This document shows, piece by piece, positions 14,371 to 26,175 of a DNA stretch of 64,000 bases; positions within the stretch are counted from its first letter, which is position 1, and each line of letters starts with the position of its first letter. Position numbers and translations under genes: made by a program. Under the pieces are notes generated by a model. That model worked only from the letters and a program-made list of their open reading frames with translations, ran no database searches and was not told where the DNA came from. The stretch lies in assembly GCA_002269645.1 (NCBI GenBank), contig NIVC01000992.1, positions 310,001 to 374,000 of the forward strand. Direction: 5' to 3'. This stretch comes from Macrostomum lignano. Taxonomy: Eukaryota.

Positions 14371-14755
14371 CAGCATTGAGCTATTATTTAAAATCAATTT
14401 CCCTGTTCAAGAACACCTGCATTGGGGATTATTTCTGCAACATTCTTCCGTCAAATTAATTATCCCCAAAAGCCAGCTGTGGCATTTGCATTGCTTCGCA
14501 TATCTGACAGTAAAAGTACAAACTACCCCATTGGCCAAACATCCCTATCTGCGAGCGTGCAGAAGACCCGGTTCACGGGTTGGCACAAAAATAACCCTCA
14601 GCTAATAACAAAACTGTGCGTCATCAAATCCAGGTTATAAATTTTATGGGCGTGGCAGCCTTGCTGCTTGTGCAATGTCTGTGGGATTTCTTTTATATCA
14701 TCCTTTGATTATTGCCTTATAGTGAGAGGAACAATAGACTGGTCACCGTGTTCGA

Positions 14756-15390
14756 GTATTTCTGTATTTGAACCCAGATGTCTGTATTTGAACCCAGATG
14801 TCTGTATTTGAACCCAGATGTCTGTATTTAAACAAAGATGTCTGTATTTGAACCCAGATGTCTGTATTTAAACAAAGATGTCTGTATTTAAACAAAGATG
14901 TCTGTATTTGAACAAAGATGTCTGTATTTAAACAAAGATGTCTGTATTTAAACAAAGATGTCTGTATTTGAACCCAGATGTCTGTATTTAAACAAAGATG
15001 TCTGTATTTAAACAAAGATGTCTGTATTTGAACAAAGATGTCTGTATTTAAACAAAGATGTCTGTATTTAAACAAAGATGTCTGTATTTAAACAAAGATG
15101 TCTGTATTTGAACAAAGATGTCTGTATTTAAACAAAGATGTCTGTATTTAAACAAAGATGTCTGTATTTGAACCCAGATGTCTGTATTTAAACAAAGATG
15201 TCTGTATTTGAACCCAGATGTCTGTATTTGAACCCAGATGTCTGTATTTGAACCCAGATGTCTGTATTTGAACCCAGATGTCTGTATTTGAACCCAGATG
15301 TCTGTATTTGAACCCAGATGTCTGTATTTGAACCCAGATGTCTGTATTTGAACCCAGATGTCTGTATTTGAACCCAGATGTATGTATTTG
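14756..15390. repeat. 20-bp minisatellite (TCTGTATTTGAACCCAGATG / TCTGTATTTAAACAAAGATG)
   Basis: Tandem units with two interspersed variants. Confidence 0.95.
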
Positions 15391-15698
15391 AGCGGTGTCT
15401 GTATTTGCAAAGATCTGCCTGTATGACTTGAACTAAACGAAAGTACAAACGCTCCCTGATTTCCAAAGTGAAACTTTCTAAGACTGTCATGTCAATCAAG
15501 CTTGAATTCCACAATTTTTTCTACTTAAATCCGATTTCTGAGATTTTTATTCACTTTTTAGTAAAGAACTGTTGACTATCAAATCATTTCAGACACCCAG
15601 TCGAGAGTGTGGGGTAGCAGCTGAGGATTTACACGCAAAAAACCGTCAAAAATATCTTTAAATGGCAGTGACGTAGTAGCAATATTGATTATTGAGTA

Positions 15699-16092
<394 letters not shown>

Positions 16093-16659
16093 CATTAGCA
16101 TAATTTAGCATCTCATTGGAAATCAGATATTATCTGCTTTTAGTAAAAGCAGGGTGCCGCTCCTAGAGGCAAAACACGCGCTAGGGTCATCTCAGGTCAC
16201 ATCCATCCGACACGTATCAACGCGCTGTTTCTCGCCTTGCGCAGCTGAATAAGAAATGAACCCAGAGCTGCAGTTTGTGAGGTGAGCCAGCGAAAGAGAG
16301 AGCGGGAAAACAGAACAGAAAAGCAGAAATGCATAGCAAATTCAGTCTTGCTTAGCTAAATAGACACACACGCGAAACTGCGCACCAGATTGTTTTCCGC
16401 GTCGGCTTTAAACATTCAATCGAATCTGTCTGACAGATAAGACACAGTAGGGCTGCTGTACCATCATAGTTTGCGTTTCGCATGAGTTTGGTGTGGTTTC
16501 AAAAGCAAAAATACGTACATTTTGTGAGCTGCGGCTTGCTTTTGTTAAAATATGGGGAGGCGGCTGTATTGATGAATTGTGCTGAGGGAGAATTTTATGA
16601 AATGTATAAACGATAACATAAACTTAGATATATGAGATTTATATATGAGAGAGTGAAAT

Positions 16660-17720
16660 CAGAGAGATCAGAATGAGATCAAAGACAAATCAGAAAAAGA
16701 TCAGAGAGAGGTTAGATTGAGATTAGAGAGAAATTAGAATGAGATTAGACTGGGATTAGAGAGAGATTAGGCTCAGATCAGAAAGAGAGACAGATTAAAG
16801 TCAGATCAGAGAGAGACTAGACTGAGATCAGAGAGATTAGGGTGAGATCAGAGAGATTAGAGTGAGATAAGAGAGATTAGACTGGAATTAGAGAGAGACT
16901 AGGCTGAGATGAGAGAGATTAGAGTGAGATCAGAGAGATTAGAGTGAGATCAGAGAGATTAGAGTGAGATCAGAGAGATTAGAGTGAGATCAGAGAGATT
17001 AGAGTGAGATCAGAGAGATTAGAGTGAGATCAGAGAGATTAGAGTGAGATCAGAGAGAGATCAGAGAGAGATCAGAGAGAGATTAGAGTGCGATCAGAGA
17101 GATTGGACTGGAATTAGAGAGAGACTAGACTGAGGGAGATCAGAGAGATTAGATTGAGATCGGAGAGATTAGACTGGGATCAGAGAGAGAGATTAGATTG
17201 AGATAAGAGAGATAATGGATTTGGATCAGAGAGAATAGATTGAGATCAGAGAGATTAGATTGAAATTAGAGAAAGATTAGACTTGGATCAGAGTGACATT
17301 AGACTGGGATCAGAGAGAGATTAGATTGAGATGAGAGAAAGATTAGATTGAGATGAGAGAGAGATTAGATTGAGATAAGAGAGAGATTAGATTGAGATAA
17401 GAGAGAGATTAGATTGAGATAAGAGAGATTAGATTGAGATAAGAGAGAGATAAGATTGAGATAAGAGAGAGAGATTAGATTGAGATAAGAGAGAGAGATT
17501 AGATTGAGATGAGAGAGAGATTAGATCGAGATAAGAGAGAGATAAGATTGAGATGAGAGAGAGATTAGATCGAGATAAGAGAGAGATAAGATTGAGATGA
17601 GAGAGAGACTAGATCGAGATAAGAGAGATTAGATTGAGATAAGAGAGATTAGATTGAGATAAGAGAGAGATTAGACTGAGATAAGAGAGAGATTAGACTG
17701 AGATTAGAGAAAGATAAGAG
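16660..17720. repeat. Degenerate GA-rich minisatellite of about 20 bp (GAGATTAGAGTGAGATCAGA)
   Basis: Homogeneous core at 16900-17060 with divergent flanks. Confidence 0.9.
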
Positions 17721-18209
17721 AACACATTCGGGGCGAGACAGGAGAGAGCTGTCTCATTAGTATTTTATGAAGCTTCAAGTCAAGCCTAATTACAATGAGA
17801 GTGCAAAGAATAGGAAGTGAACTCAGCTTTGTGCGTGCTTATTGTTTAATTTTGCTTTAGAAAAACTCTCTGATGAAGGCAGGACAAAGCTCTGATCACG
17901 GTTGCACTAAGTTTGGGCTAAATGTCAAATTTTAATAAAAAAAACGATTAGCCAAGTTGAATTAATCAGTCACGATCGGTTGGGAACATCATGCTGATTA
18001 ACAATAGCCTGTCGAAAAGCTAAACCCGTGCTCGAGCTGGAAATTCAATTCACTTTTTTAATTTTACTTCTTCTATATAGTGGTTGTTAAAAATAAGAAA
18101 TCTCATTTGAAAAATTTATAATCAATTTAGAGCTCAGGAGCCCGTCAAACCCGGGTCTATATGAGCTATTCGTCGAAGTTTGCAAGATCAACAGGACAGT
18201 GCAAACTGG

Positions 18210-18945
18210 CGGAAAACCTCCTGCGGAAATACCCTTGCGGGAAAACCTCCTGTAGGAAAACCTTCTGTGGAAAAACCTCCAGTGGAGAAACCTCTTGCGG
18301 GAAAACCTCTTGCGGGAAAACCTCTTGCGGGAAAACCTCTTGCGGGAAAACCTCTTGCGGGAAAACCTCTTGCGGGAAAACCTCTTGCGGGAAAACCTCT
18401 TGTGGGAAAACCTCTTGCGGGAAAACCTCTTGCGGGAAAACCTCTTGCGGGAAAACCTCTTGTGGGAAAACCTCTTGTGGGAAAACCTCTTGCGGGAAAA
18501 CCTCTTGCGGGAAAACCTCTTGCGGGAAAACCTCTTGTGGGAAAACCTCTTGTGGGAAAACCTCTTGCGGGAAAACCTCTTGCGGGAAAACCTCTTGCGG
18601 GAAAACCTCTTGTGGGAAAACCTCTTGTGGGAAAACCTCTTGCGGGAAAACCTCTTGCGGGAAAACCTCTTGCGGGAAAACCTCTTGCGGGAAAACCTCT
18701 TGCGGGAAAACCTCTTGTGGGAAAACCTCTTGTGGGAAAACCTCTTGCGGGAAAACCTCTTGCGGGAAAACCTCTTGCGGGAAAACCTCTTGTGGGAAAA
18801 ACTCTTGTGGGAAAACCTTTTCAGAGAAAACCTCCTGCCGGGGAAACCTCCTGTCGGGGAAACCTCCTGCCGGGGAAACCTCCTGTCGGGGAAACCTCCT
18901 GTCGGGGAAACCTCTTGCGGGAAAACCTCTTGCGGGAAAACCTCA
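18210..18945. repeat. 15-bp minisatellite (GCGGGAAAACCTCTT)
   Basis: Tandem units; stop-free in three frames only because of the repeat. Confidence 0.95.
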
Positions 18946-20467
18946 CTTCAGCAAAAGCCTCCTTAATGTTTCGTGTGTTCGTGTGTATGCTTGACAATTG
19001 CTGTCAAAGAGTGACGCTGATGAAATTTAAGCGTTTGTAACTGATAGCTATAAAGATGAACGGCACAGAACAGCAATTAATGAGCCGGGGTACCGGGTTT
19101 TACTAATTAAGGGAGGCCTCCTTGACCTTAGCGATCGAATAGCTGACGCTATCTTAAGTTTGGTTTCAAGCACGGACCCATGAAAATCTATCCTAGCAAC
19201 ATTATCCAGCGAGTATAGCAGAAGGACGAATAAAACAGCCGATCGCCCTCAGATTCTTTTTTCCATTTTTTCTGCTTCTACACGTACGCTACGCACCAAG
19301 AGTGCGAAATTGCAGGAAATTCTAATGTTCCCAGCAGGAAATCTTGAGCGATTCGTGCTGCGCCTCATCAACTGATCCTCTCAGCCAGCTTCTTCCCCAC
19401 TCACTAATTGCAATCGTAGTAAAGATCCAGTTCTTATTCAAATTCTTATACATATATGTGGATTAAATTCCTTGCCAGGTGTAGGCCCCGAAATCACGAT
19501 TTATTCTGCTTCATCAGCAGCTCACGAGACTGCAGAGAGCCAGAAAAAGATCGGTTTTTAATCACGCGCTGACTTCCATTCTGTGAGATCGTTTCATTCA
19601 CATAGTTTTCACATAATGCCCGATGTGAACTCCAAGTTACTTCAGAATAAACAGAGAACTCCGAAGCCCATAAAAATTATGAAAATGGTATTCAGTATTT
19701 TATCAGAACGTTTAATTAAAATTATTTCCAGAAACTCTTTTCAGTTCTTTGAAATGGAAAAGATGATTTTAACGAAAAAACGGCTTTACCGGTATAGTGA
19801 CGCGGCGTAAATCTACTTCATTTTAAATAGTTAAATATTAAATTAAAAACTATTACAATAAGGTAAAATTTATGGAATTCATATTGAATTTTTTTATTAT
19901 TAAAATTAATGACAACAGTACTTCGTGTGCTATATTTGTGTTTCATTAACAGCTGCTTTTATGTAACACACGACGATAAGCAAGCTGTTTAAAAACACGA
20001 GCAGACAGATTATAACAAACAAATTCACACTTATTTGAAAACTCACAGAAACAAAGCAAAGTAGGTTTAACTTGGCAAATCAAGCAAGAAATATTCAAGC
20101 AACAAAAAATTTTACTTCATAACTAATTTAAATAAAAATTAACTATATCTATAACATATTGATTGCGTTAGTCATTTTCGATTAGTAGTACAAAAACAGT
20201 TTATAGCTTATTAATCATTTTTTAAAACTAACTGTTTATTTAAACAAAAAAGAACAAACAGTGAATTGACAGTTTGTTAAAAATTGTATTTTAAATAGAT
20301 ATTCATTTTTGATTAGTATAACAAAAACAGTTTATAGCTTATTGATGATTTTATCAAACTGACTGTCAATTCAAGCAAAAAAGAACAAACAGTGAATTGA
20401 CAGTTTGTTAAAAATGGTAGTTTAAATAGTTTAAATTATTACGCAACTTTAAGAAACGGTTTTCAAA

Positions 20468-20857
20468 TCAACGCTTTTGCTTCTGCTGGCGTAGCATCAT
20501 CAGCTGGCGTTGCAGACGATTTCGTCGACTATCAACAAGATTGGCCTCCAGCATCTTCAAATAGATGGCCGCCACGGTGCGCCTGAGCTGCTGGAACTCC
20601 TGCTTGCTGACGCAGTCGGCTGGGGCTGACGATGCGCTCTGCGGTGGCTCTGCCGGCTTGGCCGAATCAGCGGCCGAGTCTGACCGCTTGCCGATGGCTG
20701 GGAAACCCGGACTAAGCGAGAACTGGCGTCGGACCAACTCCTCCAGGTAGTCTTCGTCTCCGTTGGTCGTCCCGGCAACAGGCGAACTGCTGGCTAAGCG
20801 GTTGCAGCCGCTCGCTACTAGAAGCAGAGCTAGCAATAGTTCAATATTCAAAGCCAT
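20468..20857 (-). CDS. Neuropeptide precursor (129 aa); predicted mature peptide pQFSLSPGFPAI-amide
   Basis: Hydrophobic signal peptide (LLLALLLVASG), acidic spacer, RR-QFSLSPGFPAI-GKR processing/amidation cassette, and a helical C-terminal associated peptide with further dibasic sites. Confidence 0.8.
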   Translation of the reverse strand: MALNIELLLALLLVASGCNRLASSSPVAGTTNGDEDYLEELVRRQFSLSPGFPAIGKRSDSAADSAKPAEPPQSASSAPADCVSKQEFQQLRRTVAAIYLKMLEANLVDSRRNRLQRQLMMLRQQKQKR

Positions 20858-21254
20858 CTATAGTCAATAAGGATCTACTGTTGTTTCAATAGAACTATAC
20901 GCACTATACCTGACCAAACCTACTGGATAGCTAGCTGTAAAATTTCTAACCGACTAGAAGAGCAAAGGCTTCATACAATATAGCGCGTGGACTGGTTTTA
21001 TCTTGCAGCGATTTATTCCTTTCTGTCAAAGTGAATTGATAAGCGACGGCCGATTCCGACTTACAAAACCATGAACGGAGCCGCGATAACTGCATGGGCT
21101 GCGGCTTCGTTCATTCCTTTGGCTGGCCGCATGGGAACCGGGGTTACTACACTGATAAATACAATATCTGCACTGCCCACGCAGCCACAGTCACTCAGGC
21201 TGCCTGCCCTCCTTGTGTTGTCGTGTCTGTCCGCTGTCGTGTGAGTCACCGAGC

Positions 21255-21526
<272 letters not shown>

Positions 21527-21954
21527 GAATTAGTTAATAACAGGATTTAAAATCAGTTCTTTTTGACGAGCTATCACTCAGCTTACAGCTATCAAAAACG
21601 TTCGTCTTGTTGTTTTGCATGCTTGATATATAACCTGAACAAGAAGCTTACACAATGGATTCTCAGGTGCCCATCATTTAATCGATTCATTAAACGCTGT
21701 GAAACTTGGATTTTACATCATCTTAGTAGTTAAGACAATCCTCAGCTGTCACATTCTGATCTATTGAAAAAGGCGTAAAACTTGTTTGGGCTATTTGGAA
21801 ATGCCGTGTTTGATGCATGTGCTTTCTATTCATGGTTTGCTACTTACGAGTAGGAATAAAAACATTGTCAAAACATTTTATAATATTTTATCTAATTTAA
21901 TAAATAAAAATAATTGTTTAGACCTTCCTGAATTGGGCCAGATGTGCAACCGAC

Positions 21955-22205
21955 AGCTCAGCCGCAGCTATTGCGCGGCGCATCTGAAGGCTGCGTACGG
22001 CTGTTCAGTCCAAGGACTGGGGCGTCGCTACACACCCTCAATTACCCCAGCTAATGCTGGCACCCATTTTACAGCTGGGTGAACTGAAGCAATGCAGAGT
22101 TAAGTGTATTGCTCAAGGACACAAGTTGTTTCGAGTGGGTCAAGAATCGAATTACCGACCTTCAAGTCGTGAGTCCGACGCTCTTAGCCACTAGGATACA
22201 ACCAC
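21955..22205 (-). mobile_element. tRNA-derived SINE
   Basis: Minus strand has a tRNA-like head with A box (TAGTGGCTAAGAGC) and B-box-like TTCGATT, then GTGTCCTTGAGCAATACACTTAAC and CACCCAGCTGTAAAATGGGT. A related copy lies at 44484-44940. Confidence 0.75.
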
Positions 22206-22485
22206 TGATCTGTACAATATTTAATCTTAGCATTTATAAGGACGTGAATTTAAAAATAGCACCTCATTTAAGCTTATCAATTTCCGAAGCTGCAGTGTAC
22301 TAGTAGGGGTAATGCTAAATAAATTAAAGAGATCTGCAACAGCAGATTAGACAAATTATTAAAACCTCGTGATGTTGCTGCATATCAACTGTTTATATAC
22401 TCGTAGACACTGAAAATTGCTGAAAACTGCAATTGCTTAGTGAGCAATCTGCACTGGGTACCTGCGACTGCTTGCATTCGACATT

Positions 22486-24195
22486 ATGATTGTTGCTAAT
22501 TCAGCCTTCGGTCTGCTTTTGGGAGTGCTGTGTTTCACTGCCGCTGCAGACTCCAAGGCTGTTGTACACTCCACTTTTATTGGTAAGTGTTTATTTAACA
22601 GACTGAATCCCTATCTAACAGGTAGCATCCCTATCTAACAGGTAGCAACCCTATCTAACAGGCAGCATCCCTATCTAAGAGGCAGCATCCCTATCTAACA
22701 GGCAGCATCCCTATCTAACAGGTAGCATCCCTATCTAACAGGTAGCAACCCTATCTAACAGGTAGCACCCCTATCTAACAGTTAGCAACACAATCCAACA
22801 GGTAGAAACCCTATCTAACACGTAGCAACCCTATCTAATAGGTAGCAACCTTATCCAACAGCTAGCAACCCTATCTAACAGGTAGCCACCCTATCTAACA
22901 GGCAGCATCCCTTTCTAAGAGGCAGCATCCCTATCTAACATGTAGCAACACTATCTAACTGCAGCAGCATCCCTATCTAACAGGTAGCATCTCTATCTAA
23001 CAGGCAGCATCTCTATCTAACATGTAGCATCCCTATCTAACAGGTAGCATCTTTATCTAACAGGTAGCAAACCTATCTAGCAGGTAGCGTATCCCTTCGG
23101 AACATTTAACAGTAACGTACAATTAGAATTTTAAAAACGCTTAGGAACGAGGAAAATTAATTTGAGTGCTATTTTCCCAATTCGCAGGTAAAAGCTTCGA
23201 CGTCTTCAGAGGAGATCGAACCAGCCTCGCCCTGATCAACCTGGTGCAACCGCGCACTATGAAATCGTCGCTGATCGGCACCGCACTTCACACCGCACCG
23301 GACTGCACACCTGGAACTAAACTGAGCCACAAAGCGGCCTGGGCAATGTGCTCAGTGTCCGGGATCGGGATCAGGTCCAGCACTGGTCGCATCGGCTGTC
23401 GTGACGTTGGCTGCACCTCGCTGGAGCAGGTGCGCTGCAACACTGTGATCGATATTGTCGCTTTCAAGAAGGCGTGCGGCTGTCAGAGCGTTGTTATCAC
23501 GGGAGGTACAGAAAAGGTCAGGCTGTGACAACTGATGATACCTGTTAGATAGTGTTGCTACCTGTTAGATAGGGATACTATCTGTTAGATAGGGATTCTA
23601 CTTGTTAGATAGGGATGCTACCTGTTACATTGGGTTGCTGCCTGTTAGACACGGTTGCTACCTGTTAGATAGGGTTGCTACCTGTTAGATAGGGATACTA
23701 CCTGTTAGATAGTGTTGCTACCTGTTAGATAGTGTTGCTACCTGTTAGATAGTGTTGCTACCTGTTAGATAGTGTTGCTACCTGTTAGTGTTGCTACCTG
23801 TTAGATAGGGATGCTAACTGTTAGATAGGGATGCTACCTGCTAGATAGAGATGCTACCTGTTAGATGGTGTTGCTACCTGTTAGATAGGTATGATAACTG
23901 TTAGATAGGTATGATAACTGTTAGAAGGGATGCTACCTGTTACGAACGGACTCTACTTGTACATGTAAGTCCAGCATATCCCAAACCCGCTGAGCAGGGG
24001 CACGCAAGCGGCAAGTACAGTCACTACAACGGGTACAAGCTGGACATCGCTCTAAATTCGTGCATAAGCAGCTACATCCAGGCCAACTTCCGGTATAGTG
24101 GTAAACGCCCAGGCGGAGCAGAGCTGTACACAGATGGCCGAGGAAATGTTTACGCTCTGGAGAGCAACCACTGGGACATTGTCTACTATAAGTGA
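22486..24195 (+). CDS. Secreted 207-aa putative zinc peptidase of the M15/LAS (DD-peptidase/Hedgehog fold) type, bacterial-like, 3 exons
   Basis: Exons 22486-22582, 23188-23516 and 23998-24195 join by GTAAGT..CAG and GTCAGG..CAG into 624 nt in frame. Signal peptide, then ITGGTEKGHASGKYSHYNGYKLD (H-x6-D) and ESNHWD. Confidence 0.8.
22607..23088 (+). repeat. 20-bp minisatellite (CCCTATCTAACAGGTAGCAT) in intron 1 of the peptidase gene
   Basis: About 24 tandem units. Confidence 0.95.
23539..23942 (-). repeat. Same 20-bp minisatellite in inverted orientation (ATGCTACCTGTTAGATAGGG) in intron 2
   Basis: About 20 units, the reverse complement of the intron 1 unit. Confidence 0.95.
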
Positions 24196-24833
24196 TTTGA
24201 TCTCTAATATAGATTCAGAGCTATTCAAATAACCGTTGTTTTAAGCGCGGCCAGTAATTTAAACCTTTCTAAATTCGTCGATTGTTCTATAGTTTTAAAA
24301 TTTCCTAACTAACCGATGTTAACAAGTTGTTTGATTCCTAATCAATACTAATAATAACAATAAATTTACGTTTAAAATTTGTTCATCATTAAATTGTTTA
24401 TTTGAGAATTAATTCAATTAAAAAATGTTGTATTAAATACCTTGTTTGTTATCTATTTCCAATAATTAAGTTTCAAATTAAAAAAATGGCTAGAAAAAAA
24501 TATATATTAACGAGTTTTAGAGTACAGATTAAGTAATCGAGAAGTAACATTATATTGAAAAGAGTTTTTCCCCACCCCACCTTGTGAGTCGTTGTGGTAA
24601 TCCATGATTTTTCTTTAGGACGCCAAAATATAGCGACTTCGGCGCTAAAATGAGTGCCTGCGTCAGGGACAACTTAAACTACCGGGACGCGAAACAAGCT
24701 AAATCATGCATGGTGTAAAAAGTTGGGGGCTCGTTTAAAAGCAGTGTTCTATGGCTGTTCCAACTGCAACTCTTCAGTCTAAAGAGGTGTGAGGGCAAAT
24801 AAAAAGCTCTCAACTCTTGTGCGACTGTGAAAA

Positions 24834-25185
24834 ATGTCGAGAAAGTGCAGCGTCTTCAACTGCAGATCAAACTATAACTCAGAAGAAGCCGAACAACGAT
24901 AATTGCTCTTCCTTAAGATGCACGAGAACGGGAGCGTTGGAGACAAACCCTACCAAATATTTTTGAGGTAAGAAGGATTTGATTTGATTTGATTCGAGAC
25001 TTGCAACAATTGGCAAACTGAATCCAATGGAACTTTAACTATTCTACCGCCAGGTGGAGACAGTTATATCGGCCAAATGGATGGACGCGATCCGACTGTA
25101 CAAATCAGAAGAATATCACGTTGTCAAACGAACCGAATTAACCCACGAAGCTTGCTATCCTTCAGTTCAAGCATACAGAAAAACG
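24834..25185 (+). mobile_element. Internally deleted P-element/THAP transposase relic
   Basis: MSRKCSVFNCRSNY...LP*DARERERWRQTLP (broken THAP zinc finger) followed by CNNWQTES and AKWMDAIRLYKSEEYHVVKRTELTHEACYPS, resembling P-type transposase core segments; stops and frameshifts present. Confidence 0.6.
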
Positions 25186-25591
25186 AAGGTAACACTCGCT
25201 CTCCAAGTTTAAAAATCCTGGCGATGCCCCGTTGAAGATCCAGAGAAGCTCGTCTGGGGTGAAGGCCAGTGACCAACCTAGCCAACAAAGTCAGAGTTGA
25301 TGAAGACACACATGTGACTGACGTGCTGATGAACGACTACGACTTCAACGTCGGTCCGACGTCCGATCAATAGGAAACACGTAATGCTACATAGACATCG
25401 TACGACGTCAGACAGAGGTCGGTGCTGCGACGTCGGCCGACGTCGTCGGATTGTTGTACGGGCATGTGATTATTATACTAGTACCTCCATGTTTGAGAAA
25501 AGGTACAAATACATGTAATCGAATAATCGGCCAGTTCGTCATCGATCACAATCAATTGGTTCTACGAACGTGTTCGCGCTCTTTGGTTCAA

Positions 25592-26175
25592 GGACATTTC
25601 GTCTAACCGGGCATTCGTCACATGGCATTTCGTCAACAGGACATTCGTCAACCAGACATTGGTTTGGACAAAGCCAAAATTATTCGTCCGTCATGCTAGC
25701 CTAACTGTTAGCCGTTCATCTGCACTCATGAATGACTAAAATAAACCTATACATGTTAAATTTTAATTAGTTATCTCTCGCTCAACTTAGTAGTGCACCC
25801 TCCTAGCTGCACATCACTTATTTAATATTTAAAGGGAAATGTCTGTCATTGACACTCTTTCAGCAAACAGGGGAATTTTGGAGCTCGCCAAAGCCTGCGA
25901 GGCATTGTTCAGCTGCACGATGCAACCCCAAGGCGCGCGACACAATAATTGAGGACCACAAACGTTTCTACAAAAAATTTACTTCCAAGAAGTTTACACG
26001 TTTTAAGACATCGCTGCCGTACCACTTCTCACATTCTCCGGCTGGTGCAGCTATAATAATCAGCTAAAATTTAAAATTTGCTGAGTTGACCAAATTAATG
26101 CCGCGTTGACGAAATTTGCCGGTTGACGAAATGCCATGCATGCAGTTGATGAAATGCCTGATGACGAAAATGTCC
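25592..26175. mobile_element. Non-autonomous foldback/MITE-like element
   Basis: GGACATTTCGTC at left and GACGAAAATGTCC at right, with subterminal TTCGTCAAC / GTTGACGAAA repeats in mirrored orientation. Confidence 0.55.
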
